Below are positions 9,686-18,150 of a DNA stretch of 47,140 bases, one piece after another (the first letter of the stretch is position 1; every line of letters starts with the position of its first letter). The DNA lies in contig DASTGC010000324.1 in assembly GCA_035719485.1 (NCBI GenBank), forward strand, positions 1 to 47,140, written 5' to 3'. Position numbers and translations under genes: made by a program. A model generated the notes under the pieces. It saw only the letters and a program-made list of their open reading frames with translations, ran no database searches and was not told the origin of the DNA. This DNA is from Novosphingobium sp. Its GTDB lineage: Bacteria > Pseudomonadota > Alphaproteobacteria > Sphingomonadales > Sphingomonadaceae.

Positions 9686-11047
9686 TCAGCGAATGGCGAG
9701 CAGGGTGTCGAAGATGTCCTTGGCGGTCTGCATGACCTTGCCCGAGGCCTGGAAGGCCTGCTGGAAGCGGACGAGGTTGACCGCTTCCTGATCGAGATCG
9801 ACGCCGGCCTGGGCCTGGAGCGAAACCTTGGCACCATTGGCAATGGTGCGCAGCGCATCGCGGGTCACGGTGCGGCCCTGCACAGTCCCGGAAATGTCGA
9901 ACAGCAGGGCATCCATCCCGCCGACCGGATCGGCCGAGCTCAGCGCTGTGCGCAGGGCATTGAGGTTACTCGCGTCGCGGCTGTTGGCGCCAGCACCGGC
10001 GGGAGCCGTGGCAATCCCGGCTCCATCGGTCAGGGCGAGAGTCATGTTGGCCGCGGTCATCGGCGGACCGCCACCGAACAGGGGCTGGCCGGAGGCATTG
10101 GCGGGGGTGATCCCGGCAGCCTGCGCGGCGTTGACCGTGTCCGCCATTGACTGGGCGAGCGTATCGAGCTGGGCGTGGACCGCGGCGAGCTTGGTCAGGG
10201 CCTGGGCCTTGCCGGCGAGCGAGCCGCCAGTCAGCGAAGCAGCGACCGGGCCGGCGGCCATGCCGGAGACGGTGAAGGTTATCGTGCCGTCGCCGGCGGT
10301 GGTCATTCCGAGTGTGCCGGCGGAACCGCCCTGCACCATCAGCGGCCCGGAGGCCCCGCCAATGCGGAGTTCGACCGTGCTGTCGGAATTGATCGTGGTT
10401 GAAATGTCGGTGAAGGCCGAGAGCTGCTGGAGCAGGCTGTCGCGCTGGTCGAGCAGGGCGGTCTGGTCGCTCGAGGCGTCCGCCGCCCGGGCGAGGCGCA
10501 GGTTGACCCGGGCGAGTTCGCCCGAGAGCGTGTTGACCTGGGTGATCGCGTCGGTCGCCTCGAAGCGCAGGCCGGTGCCGACGGCGTCCAGGGCAGAAGA
10601 CGCGATGTTGAAGGTGCCGACCATGGTTCGCGCACTCTCGATCACGTTGGCGCGCAGCGAGGACGAGGTGGGATCGCCGACCAGCTGCTGGAGCGAGCCC
10701 TCGAAGCCGACCATCGAACTATAAACATTGGACTGTTCAACGGCGGCCTGCACGTTCTCGAGCCCGGCAACTTCGGCATCGGCGCGGGCGGCGTCGGCGC
10801 CGGTGCGGCGCACTTCGGCCTGGCGGAACAGGTCGGCATTGCGGACCACGCTGTCGAGCCGGACGCCGGAGAGCGAGACATCACCGATCGTGCCGATCCC
10901 GCCCGATGACGAGACCTCTGCCAGCTTGGCCGAGCGGCGGACGTAGCCGTCGGTCGAGGCATTGGCGATGTTCTGAGCGGTGACGTCGAGCGCGATCCGC
11001 GCCGCCTGGGCGCCGGAGCGACCGATCGAGAGGAGGTCGGAGGCCAT
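9686..11047 (-). CDS. flgK: Hook-associated protein FlgK
   Basis: AQNIANASTDGYVRR; LLDQRD; GVDLDQEAVNLVRFQQAFQASGKV. Confidence 0.93.
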   Translation of the reverse strand: MASDLLSIGRSGAQAARIALDVTAQNIANASTDGYVRRSAKLAEVSSSGGIGTIGDVSLSGVRLDSVVRNADLFRQAEVRRTGADAARADAEVAGLENVQAAVEQSNVYSSMVGFEGSLQQLVGDPTSSSLRANVIESARTMVGTFNIASSALDAVGTGLRFEATDAITQVNTLSGELARVNLRLARAADASSDQTALLDQRDSLLQQLSAFTDISTTINSDSTVELRIGGASGPLMVQGGSAGTLGMTTAGDGTITFTVSGMAAGPVAASLTGGSLAGKAQALTKLAAVHAQLDTLAQSMADTVNAAQAAGITPANASGQPLFGGGPPMTAANMTLALTDGAGIATAPAGAGANSRDASNLNALRTALSSADPVGGMDALLFDISGTVQGRTVTRDALRTIANGAKVSLQAQAGVDLDQEAVNLVRFQQAFQASGKVMQTAKDIFDTLLAIR

Positions 11048-11050
11048 GGG

Positions 11051-11362
11051 TTACAGCGCCTTCGACAGATGAAGCTGGGCAGCCAGCTGGGTCTCGATGG
11101 ACTTCGCGAGGCCGAAGGCCCCGCTATCCGCCGCGATCTGGGCGAAGCGTTCGTCCTGCATGCCATTGAAGGTGTCCATCGCCTGGCCGCCGAACAGGTC
11201 GTTCTCGCCGCCGAGCTTGGCCGCGCGGGCAGCCCCGAGCATCTGGCGCACGAAGATCGCCTCGAACTGCTTTGCGGCCTGCTTGAGCTGGGCGCGGTCC
11301 GAGGGCGCCTGAGGGCCCGTGGCGAGGCTGGTGAGGGCCGCGGAGGGAGAGACGGTGCTCAC
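11051..11362 (-). CDS. flgJ: FlgJ rod-binding domain only (no muramidase domain), 103 aa
   Basis: LKQAAKQFEAIFVRQML...FGLAKSIETQL; between flgI and flgK; GTG start overlaps the flgI stop. Confidence 0.85.
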   Translation of the reverse strand: MSTVSPSAALTSLATGPQAPSDRAQLKQAAKQFEAIFVRQMLGAARAAKLGGENDLFGGQAMDTFNGMQDERFAQIAADSGAFGLAKSIETQLAAQLHLSKAL

Positions 11363-12450
11363 AGGACTTCCATCTCGGCCTTTAGGGCGCCGGCCTGCTT
11401 GAGCGCCTGGAGGATTTCGACGAGGTCGGACGGACCGACACCCAGCAAGTTCAGCGCATCGACCACCTTGGCGAGCGAGGCGCCGCCGCGAGTGTAGATC
11501 AGGTGGCTGCCCTCTTCCTCGCCGCTGACCTTGCTTTCGGGTGTGACCGCGGTCTGGCCGCGCCCGAAGGCATTGGGCTGGCTGACGTTGAGCTTTTCTT
11601 CGACTTTGAGGACGAGCTTGCCGTGGCTGATCGCGGCCGGCGCCAGGCGGACGGCGGAATTGATCACGACCGTGCCGGTGCGGCTGTTGACGATGACCTT
11701 GGCCGGGGTTTCCGCCGGGGTGACGGTGAGCATCTCGACCGCGGCCATCATCGAGGCGCGGCTGTCGGCTTCGATCGGGAGGAGGAGGGCGAGGCTGACG
11801 CCGTCCTGGACCCGCGCCGCGCCGGGGAAACGCGCGTTGATTGCATCGCGCACGCGGGCGATGGTCAGGAAATCGGCCTGGTAGAGGTTCCAGCTGAGCA
11901 CCGGGGAGGCATCGAAGCCGGTGGCGACGGCGCGCTCGACGCTGGCCCCTTCGGGCACGCGGCCGACTGTGGGGACATTGACCGAGAGTTTGGAGCCGTC
12001 GCGGCCGGACACGCCGAGGCCGCCCACGGCGAGGTTGCCCTGGGCCATCGCGTAGATCTGGCCGTCGGCGCCATATAGCGGCGTCAGGATCAGCGCCCCG
12101 CCGCGCAGTGACTTGGCCTTGCCGATGGCCGAGACGGTGATGTCGATGTGCTGGCCGGGCTTGGCGAAGGCGGGCAGTTCCGCCGTGATCAGCACGGCAG
12201 CGGCGTTCTTCAGGCCTGGCGAGACGCCCGGGGGCAGCTGGACGCCGAGCCGGCCGGCGGTGCCGCGCATGGCTTGGGTCAGGTATTCGAGATTGTCGTC
12301 GCCCGTGCCGTCGAGGCCGACGACGATGCCGTAGCCGGTCAGCTGGTTCGAGCGCACGCCCTGGAAAGCGCCAAGATCGCGGACGCGTTCGGCGTGAAGC
12401 GGACCGGCCAGCAGGACTGCCGCGATCAGGAGGATGAGGCGCTTGATCAT
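11359..12450 (-). CDS. flgI: P-ring protein FlgI
   Basis: Signal peptide; GVRSNQLTGYGIVVGLDGTGD; AKSLRGG; ILQALKQAGAL. Confidence 0.96.
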   Translation of the reverse strand: MIKRLILLIAAVLLAGPLHAERVRDLGAFQGVRSNQLTGYGIVVGLDGTGDDNLEYLTQAMRGTAGRLGVQLPPGVSPGLKNAAAVLITAELPAFAKPGQHIDITVSAIGKAKSLRGGALILTPLYGADGQIYAMAQGNLAVGGLGVSGRDGSKLSVNVPTVGRVPEGASVERAVATGFDASPVLSWNLYQADFLTIARVRDAINARFPGAARVQDGVSLALLLPIEADSRASMMAAVEMLTVTPAETPAKVIVNSRTGTVVINSAVRLAPAAISHGKLVLKVEEKLNVSQPNAFGRGQTAVTPESKVSGEEEGSHLIYTRGGASLAKVVDALNLLGVGPSDLVEILQALKQAGALKAEMEVL

Positions 12451-12463
12451 AGTCCAGCCCCCC

Positions 12464-13243
12464 TCAGAACGGCGTGATCATGTTGAAGAACCGGCTCAGC
12501 CAGCCCTCGCGGCCGGCGCGCTGGATCGCGCCGTTGCCGGCATATTCCATGCGCGCATCGGCGACCTGGCTGGAGCGCACGGTGTTCTGCGCGTCGATGT
12601 CGGACAGGCGCACGATCCCGGAGAACTGGATCCATTCCTGGCCCTGGCTCAGCAGCAAGCGCTTTTCTCCTTTGACCAGCGCCGTGCCGTTGGGGCGCAC
12701 TTCGGCGATGGTCACGCCGACGGTGCCGCTGAAGGAGCTGGTCTGCGTGGCCGTGCCGTCTCCCTTGAACGACGACTGGCCCGAGGCTTTAAGGGCATCG
12801 GGGTTGAGGAACGAGGCCGGGCCGGCTGTCGGCGGGGTCAGCGAGAAGCCGCCGTTGCGGCTGGTTTTCGAGCCCGCCGACTTGGAGGTGGTGGTGTTCT
12901 CTTCCAGCAGGATCGTCAGTGGATCGCCCACGCGCCGGGCCAGGGTGCCCTGGACCAGGCTGGCATAGCCGAGGCTCGCATCGAAGATCGCGCCGGTGGC
13001 CGGGCGCGGCACGACTGGCGCCGGCTGGACCGGCAGGCTTGCCTCGAAGCCGGGGCGCGGCCTGGCGGCGTGCCCCGGTACGCTCAGTGCGAGGGCAGCA
13101 GCACCCAGCGCGAAGAGCGGCGCGGGGAAAGCGAGGCCGGTGCGACGCGGCGCCGGGCGGCGGCGGCGCCCCGGCACGATGCCGAGACTGGCTGGCGCGG
13201 ATCCTGTGGCAGCGCGCGGGAGGGCGAGTTCATGCGGGGTCAT
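12464..13243 (-). CDS. flgH: L-ring protein FlgH (start uncertain; contains no Cys)
   Basis: ARRVGDPLTILLEE, PNGTALVKGEK, SGIVRLSDI, SSQVADARMEY, GWLSRFF..ITPF; between flgG and flgI. Confidence 0.9.
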   Translation of the reverse strand: MTPHELALPRAATGSAPASLGIVPGRRRRPAPRRTGLAFPAPLFALGAAALALSVPGHAARPRPGFEASLPVQPAPVVPRPATGAIFDASLGYASLVQGTLARRVGDPLTILLEENTTTSKSAGSKTSRNGGFSLTPPTAGPASFLNPDALKASGQSSFKGDGTATQTSSFSGTVGVTIAEVRPNGTALVKGEKRLLLSQGQEWIQFSGIVRLSDIDAQNTVRSSQVADARMEYAGNGAIQRAGREGWLSRFFNMITPF

Positions 13244-13257
13244 CGTGGGCTTCCCGA

Positions 13258-14046
13258 TCACAGGGTCTGGTTGGCGTTCTTGAGCATCTCGTCGACGGCG
13301 GAGATCATCTTCGAGTTGATCTCGTAGGCGCGCTGGCATTCGATCATGTCGACCAGCTCCTCGACGACGTTGACGTTAGAGGCTTCGAGAAAGCCCTGGC
13401 GGATGTTGCCGCGCCCGTTCTGGCCCGCGGGGCCGAGCTGGGCCTGGCCCGAGGCGGCGGTCTCGCCGAGGAAGTTGTCGCTCATCGCCTTGAGGCCTGC
13501 GGGATTGGTGAAGCTGGCCACGGTGATCTGGCCGAGCTGGGTGGGTTCGGCCTGGCCGGGCAGCTGGGCCGAGACGGTGCCGTCGGCGGCGATGGTGATC
13601 GCACTGGCGCCTTCCGGCACGGTGATCGCGGGCTGGAGCGGATAGCCCTGCGCGGTCACCAGCTGGCCTTCGGCCGAGCGGGTGAAATTGCCGGCGCGGG
13701 TATAGGCGAGCTGGCCGCCGGGCATCTGCACCTGGAAGTAGCCGTCGCCATCGAGCGCGAGATCGAGCGCGTTGCCGGTGGTCTGGAGCGTGCCCTGGGT
13801 GTCGATACGGCTGGTCGACTGCATGCCGACGCCGGTGCCGAGATTGAGCCCGGTTGCATAGGCGGTCTCGGCCGAGCTCTGCTGGCCGGCGACGCGCGCG
13901 TCCTGGTATGCCAGCGTGGCGAAGTTGGCGCGATCGCGCTTGAAACCGGTGGTGCCGACATTAGCCAGGTTGTTGGCGATGACGCGCATCCGCTGGTCCT
14001 GGGCTTCAAGGCCGGTGCGGGCGACATTCAGGGCGGAACTGGGCAT
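13258..14046 (-). CDS. flgG: Distal rod protein FlgG
   Basis: ANNLANVGTTGFKR, YTRAGNF, LEASNVNVVEELVDMIECQRAYEINSK; 262 aa. Confidence 0.96.
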   Translation of the reverse strand: MPSSALNVARTGLEAQDQRMRVIANNLANVGTTGFKRDRANFATLAYQDARVAGQQSSAETAYATGLNLGTGVGMQSTSRIDTQGTLQTTGNALDLALDGDGYFQVQMPGGQLAYTRAGNFTRSAEGQLVTAQGYPLQPAITVPEGASAITIAADGTVSAQLPGQAEPTQLGQITVASFTNPAGLKAMSDNFLGETAASGQAQLGPAGQNGRGNIRQGFLEASNVNVVEELVDMIECQRAYEINSKMISAVDEMLKNANQTL

Positions 14047-14060
14047 GGAAAACTACTCCG

Positions 14061-14804
14061 TCAGGAAAGGCGCATGAGCGCCGCGCCGCCTTCATCGAGG
14101 TCCTTGGCGGTGCTGATCAGCTTGGTGCGGATGTCGAACAGGCGCTGGGCCTCGACCATCTGGACGAGGACATCGCTGGGCTTGACGTTGGACTGCTCGA
14201 GCGCGCCGGGGACGACCTTGGCTTCGAGATCGCCAGGCAGGACACCGCCGCCGTAGACGCGGAACAGGCCGTCGAGACCCTTATCAAGGCGGGTGCCGGC
14301 GGGGCTGGCGAGCTTGATCCGGTCCACCTTGTTCGGCGGCGCATCCGGCGTGGCGGGATCGCGCACGAGCACGGCCCCATCCTCGCCAATGGCGACCTGT
14401 CCGCCGGGCGGGATCGAGATTGGACCATTGTCGCCGACGACCGGGGCGCCGTCGCCGTTGACGAGGACGCCCGTGGGGGAGATCGAGAGATCGCCGCGGC
14501 GGGTATAGGCTTCGGTCCCGTCCGCCGCCTGAACCGCCAGCAGGGATTGGCCGGTCATGGCCACGTCGAGCGGCTTGCCGGTCTGCGTCAGGGTGCCTTG
14601 GCTCATGTCCGCCCCGCGCACTTCGCTGTCCGAAAGGGCCCGGACTTCGAGGCTTTCTCCGTCCTTCACCGTCATCGGCGTGAACTGCAGCGTCTCGGCG
14701 CGGAAGCCGATGGTCTGGGCGTTGGCCATGTTGCTGGCGATGACCCGCTGGCGGACCATCGAGGCGTTGAGGCCGGAGAAAGCGGTGAATATCAGGCGGT
14801 CCAT
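14061..14804 (-). CDS. flgF: Proximal rod protein FlgF
   Basis: MDRLIFTA, ASNMANAQTIGFRA, EAYTRRGDL, LEQSNV. Confidence 0.93.
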   Translation of the reverse strand: MDRLIFTAFSGLNASMVRQRVIASNMANAQTIGFRAETLQFTPMTVKDGESLEVRALSDSEVRGADMSQGTLTQTGKPLDVAMTGQSLLAVQAADGTEAYTRRGDLSISPTGVLVNGDGAPVVGDNGPISIPPGGQVAIGEDGAVLVRDPATPDAPPNKVDRIKLASPAGTRLDKGLDGLFRVYGGGVLPGDLEAKVVPGALEQSNVKPSDVLVQMVEAQRLFDIRTKLISTAKDLDEGGAALMRLS

Positions 14805-14829
14805 GGCAGAGCTCCGTCAGTCCGGTTCA

Positions 14830-15639
14830 TCAGGTCCGCAAGTTGATGATCGTCTGCGAGATCTGGCTGGCTGTATCGATCGCCTTGGCGTTGGCCTGGA
14901 AATCGCGCTGGGCGGTGATCAGGCCGACCAGTTCTTCGGCAATGTCGACGTTCGAGCGCTCAAGCGCACCGCTGAGCAGTTCGCCATACTGGCCATTGCC
15001 CGGCTGACCCATCGACGCTGTGCCCGAGAGGCCCGTTGCGACCCAGTTCGAGGAACCGACCTGCTTGAGCCCACTGGGGGCGACGAAGCTCGCCAGCGCA
15101 ACCTTGCCGATGACGGTGTTGGTGCCGTCGGCGTAGGACGCGGTAACGTCGCCGTTGGTCCCGACCGCCACGCCGGCGAATTCCGCGCCGGCAGCGTTGG
15201 TGGCGGGGATCTGGGCTGAAGAGGGCGTGGTCGCGAAAGCGCCCGCGCCGGTGCTGGCGAAGATCTGCAGACGGTTGTCCGAGCTGTCATGAATAAAGCC
15301 GGCGCCGTCCAGCGAGAACGAGCCGTTGCGGGTGTAATAGGTCTGCCCGGTGGTGCCGTTGACCGTGGAGAAGAAGCCGTCGCCGTTGATCGCGATGTCG
15401 AGCGCCGAACCGGTCTGCTCGATCGGACCGAGCGCGAAGTTCTGCTGGATCGCCTCGACCGTCGCGCCGACACCCTGGATGAGCTTCGGGTTGGAATAGG
15501 CCGAACCCGCAACAATGTCGGCAAACTCGACGCGGCTCTTCTTGAAGCCGTTGGTCTCGCCATTGGCGATGTTGTGCGAGATCACGTTGAGGCTGGTCTG
15601 GGCGTTCTTGAGCCCGTTGAGCGAAGTGTAGAAGGACAT
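14830..15639 (-). CDS. flgE: Hook protein FlgE, short form (269 aa)
   Basis: MSFYTSLNGL, ISHNIANGETNGFKKS, YYTRNGSF, LERSNVDIAEELVGLITAQRDFQANAKAI; between flgD and flgF. Confidence 0.88.
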   Translation of the reverse strand: MSFYTSLNGLKNAQTSLNVISHNIANGETNGFKKSRVEFADIVAGSAYSNPKLIQGVGATVEAIQQNFALGPIEQTGSALDIAINGDGFFSTVNGTTGQTYYTRNGSFSLDGAGFIHDSSDNRLQIFASTGAGAFATTPSSAQIPATNAAGAEFAGVAVGTNGDVTASYADGTNTVIGKVALASFVAPSGLKQVGSSNWVATGLSGTASMGQPGNGQYGELLSGALERSNVDIAEELVGLITAQRDFQANAKAIDTASQISQTIINLRT

Positions 15640-15650
15640 GGGGCTGCTCC

Positions 15651-16001
15651 TCAGGCGACAGTGGTGGTGGCGGAAGACGATGCGGAAGTGGCGCTTGCCT
15701 GCGCTTTGCTTGCGGCCTCCTGGGCGGCGACCACGGCGTCGAGCTTGGTAGAGATTTCAGCGAGGCGCTTGTTCATCTCGGCAACGCCCTTGTTGGTGTC
15801 GTTGGCCTGCGACAGCGAGGAGAACTGAGCCATCTGGGCCAGCATCTGGGTGTTGTCGGTCGGGTTGAACGGGTCCTGCTGCTGAAGCTGGGTGGTCATC
15901 AGCTTGAGGAAGTCTGCCGAGCCGAGCTGGCCGAGGCTGGACTTGGTCCCGACGGGCGTGGCCGTCGAGGAGACGGCATTGGTGGAGCTGACTGTGGTCA
16001 T
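15651..16001 (-). CDS. flgD: Hook cap FlgD, N-terminal domain only (116 aa)
   Basis: DFLKLMTTQLQQQDPFNPTDNTQMLAQMAQFSSL. Confidence 0.9.
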   Translation of the reverse strand: MTTVSSTNAVSSTATPVGTKSSLGQLGSADFLKLMTTQLQQQDPFNPTDNTQMLAQMAQFSSLSQANDTNKGVAEMNKRLAEISTKLDAVVAAQEAASKAQASATSASSSATTTVA

Positions 16002-16411
16002 TTCATCCTCATCGTTTCGAGCATGAGCTGCTTGGCGGTGGAGAGCGCCTCGACCAGGTTCTGGTATTGGCGGGAGCTGTCGAGCATCTCGACCATCTCG
16101 GCGTTTTCATCGACCGGGGCGGTCCAGACGTCGCCGTTGGCATCGGCGAGCGGGTGGTTGGGATCGTGCTGGCGGATCGCCTTGGCCTGGCTCTGCCGGA
16201 CCGCGCGCACGTCGACCGTTGCGAGGCCGGTGGCCTGGTCGAGCGCGGTCTGGAAGACCGGGCGCAGCGGCTTGTACGCGCCCGCCTCGCTGCCAGCGAC
16301 GGAGCCGGCGTTGGCGAGGTTGGACGCCGCCGCGTTCATCCGCACCAGCTGGGCGGAGAGCCCGCGCTGGGCGAGGGAGAACAGGGTGAGGGGTTGCCCG
16401 GGGCCGCTCAC
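15998..16411 (-). CDS. flgC: Rod protein FlgC
   Basis: GTG start at 16411; RMNAAASNLANA, HDPNHPLADANG, EMVEMLDSSRQYQ. Confidence 0.92.
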   Translation of the reverse strand: MSGPGQPLTLFSLAQRGLSAQLVRMNAAASNLANAGSVAGSEAGAYKPLRPVFQTALDQATGLATVDVRAVRQSQAKAIRQHDPNHPLADANGDVWTAPVDENAEMVEMLDSSRQYQNLVEALSTAKQLMLETMRMK

Positions 16412-16413
16412 GG

Positions 16414-16761
16414 TCAGTCGCCCTTGAGCGCCCGGGTGATCGTCTCGACCCGGCCCTTGATGAACTGGAGCGTGGCCGAATAGCCAACCGCGTTCTCGGC
16501 GAAGGCGGTCTGTTCGGTCATCATCTCGACGGTGTTGCCGTCCATGCTCGGCATGGTCGGCACACGGTAACGCATGGCACCGGCCGTGGCCGCCTCGTCG
16601 CTGGCGCCGCCGGCGCTGGCCTTGAGGGCGGCGGCGAAATCGAGATCGCGCGCCTTGTAGCCGGGGGTGGCGGCATTGGCGATGTTGGAGGCGAGGATGC
16701 CCATGCGCTGCGAGCGCAGCGCGAGGGCCGTGCCATGAATGCCGAACAGGGTCTCGTTCAT
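16414..16761 (-). CDS. flgB: Rod protein FlgB
   Basis: LASNIANAATPGYKARDLDF, SMDGNTVE; SD AAAGGA upstream. Confidence 0.95.
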   Translation of the reverse strand: MNETLFGIHGTALALRSQRMGILASNIANAATPGYKARDLDFAAALKASAGGASDEAATAGAMRYRVPTMPSMDGNTVEMMTEQTAFAENAVGYSATLQFIKGRVETITRALKGD

Positions 16762-16809
16762 CTCGTCCGTGTCCTTTCCGCAAGGGGCGGATGGGTGCGC
16801 GGTGGGATC

Positions 16810-16826
16810 AGCAAGGGCCGTGCCAA
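16810..16826 (-). promoter_or_regulatory. Sigma54 (-24/-12) promoter of the flgB operon
   Basis: Minus strand reads TTGGCAC-ggccc-TTGCT, matching TGGCAC-N5-TTGC. Confidence 0.9.
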
Positions 16827-16869
16827 ATGGCTGTCACGCGCGATTCAGCGCCCCAATTGCCGAAATGGG

Positions 16870-16925
16870 CGGCAAGCTCTTGCCGGAAGCGGCAGGATTG
16901 CGCCGGGCGGGCCTGAATTCTGCCG
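16870..16925. promoter_or_regulatory. Three 16-bp CGGCA-N6-TGCCG-like palindromes at 20-bp spacing (candidate enhancer/UAS)
   Basis: cggcaagctcttgccg (16870), cggcaggattgcgccg (16890), ggcctgaattctgccg (16910), upstream of the sigma54 promoter. Confidence 0.65.
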
Positions 16926-16991
16926 CCGGCTGCCGTTCTATTGGGTGACGCGGCCTGCCGGTGCGCGCAGAATCCAGGATGCAGCGCACCC

Positions 16992-17678
16992 ATGCAATTT
17001 CCTCTCTTCGACCCCACCGCCGCGCTGATCGTTGTCGGGGGCACGCTGCTGGCGACCCTGCTGCGCTGCGGACTTGGGGAGATCGGGATCGCGCTGCACG
17101 GGCTGAAAGCGGCATTCGGACGTGGTTACCGGGCAGATGACGGCAAGGCGGAACTGGCCGCGCCTGTCCGGGCGATTCGTGAGGACGGTTTGCTGCGGGC
17201 GCGGCCTGCGGACCATGTCGACCTGGCCTTCGCCGAGGCGACCGAGGCGCTGGTCCATGACCGCTCGCTCGCCTCGCTTTCGGCGGCGCTGGAGCGACAC
17301 AAGGCGCGGCGCGTGGCCGAGGCGGAGACGGCGGTCGGCGTGTTTGCCCAGGCGGCGGAACTGGCCCCGGTGTTCGGCATGGCCGGGACGCTGGTGGCCC
17401 TGAGCCGGTTGACCGCAAGCGACCTTTCTGCCGGCGAGGCGATTACCGGGGCGATCGCGCTCTCGGTCGTCACCACACTTTACGGCATCTTGCTGGCGAA
17501 CCTGCTGCTCGCACCGCTGGCCCGGCTCATCGAGCGGGCGGCGGCACGCGAGGAGGCGGCGCGGCAGGAGGTGGTCGACTGGCTGGCGGCACAGGTGTCC
17601 GAAGCCTTGCCGCGGCGCAAAACCGTTCATGCCCAGCATCATTTGCTGGAGCAGGCCTATGGCAGCGAGGCGGCGTGA
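16992..17678 (+). CDS. Second MotA/PomA-like (MotA/TolQ/ExbB family) membrane protein, N-terminally short
   Basis: FDPTAALIVVGGT, IREDGLL, APVFGMAGTLVAL, VVTTLYGILLANLLLAPLA align with PomA/MotP TM2-TM4. Confidence 0.8.
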   Translation: MQFPLFDPTAALIVVGGTLLATLLRCGLGEIGIALHGLKAAFGRGYRADDGKAELAAPVRAIREDGLLRARPADHVDLAFAEATEALVHDRSLASLSAALERHKARRVAEAETAVGVFAQAAELAPVFGMAGTLVALSRLTASDLSAGEAITGAIALSVVTTLYGILLANLLLAPLARLIERAAAREEAARQEVVDWLAAQVSEALPRRKTVHAQHHLLEQAYGSEAA

Positions 17679-18100
17679 TGGCGCGGGCGCGGGCTGACGG
17701 CGGCTGGCAATATGCCCTGGCCGACCTCTCGCTGATCCTGTTCATGGTCTGCGCGCTGGCCTTGTCCCAGGCGCCAAAGGCCAAGCTCACGGCGGTGCTT
17801 CCGCCAGCCGCAGTGCCGAAAGCCGAGGCGCTGGCGCTGGCCGAACCCACTGCGGTGTGGCGGGCGGGGCCAGGGATGCCGAGCCTGGCTGAGTGGATCG
17901 CCAGCCAGACCACCGACCCGCGCCAGCGGCTGACGATCGTCGCGCACTATCGCGAAGGCCGTGCCGCCGATGCCTTCGCCCGCGCCGATGCGGCCCTGCA
18001 AGGGGTGCGCAAGCTGCCTGCATCGGCGCGCATTGTGGTCGAACCCGGCTCAGGCGACGATCTTGGCGCGACCCTCACCTGGGACCTCGGCAGCACCTGA
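17678..18100 (+). CDS. Short MotB-like protein (TM Asp, degenerate periplasmic domain)
   Basis: TGATG-coupled to the upstream gene; GWQYALADLSLILFMV resembles the MotB W-x3-(Y/F)AD TM; lacks GHTD and NRR motifs. Confidence 0.6.
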   Translation: MARARADGGWQYALADLSLILFMVCALALSQAPKAKLTAVLPPAAVPKAEALALAEPTAVWRAGPGMPSLAEWIASQTTDPRQRLTIVAHYREGRAADAFARADAALQGVRKLPASARIVVEPGSGDDLGATLTWDLGST

Positions 18101-18116
18101 TGGCACGGGGCTTGCA
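18101..18116 (+). promoter_or_regulatory. Sigma54 promoter of flgA
   Basis: TGGCAC-ggggc-TTGCA, 35 nt before the flgA ATG. Confidence 0.88.
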
Positions 18117-18150
18117 AGCAGTCGGGTATGACCATCCAAGGTGACCCGAA

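Noticed and set aside
16992-18100. ZorAB anti-phage system interpretation of the second motA/motB-like pair
   Set aside because: No long ZorA cytoplasmic tail, no zorC/D/E genes, and the context is purely flagellar.
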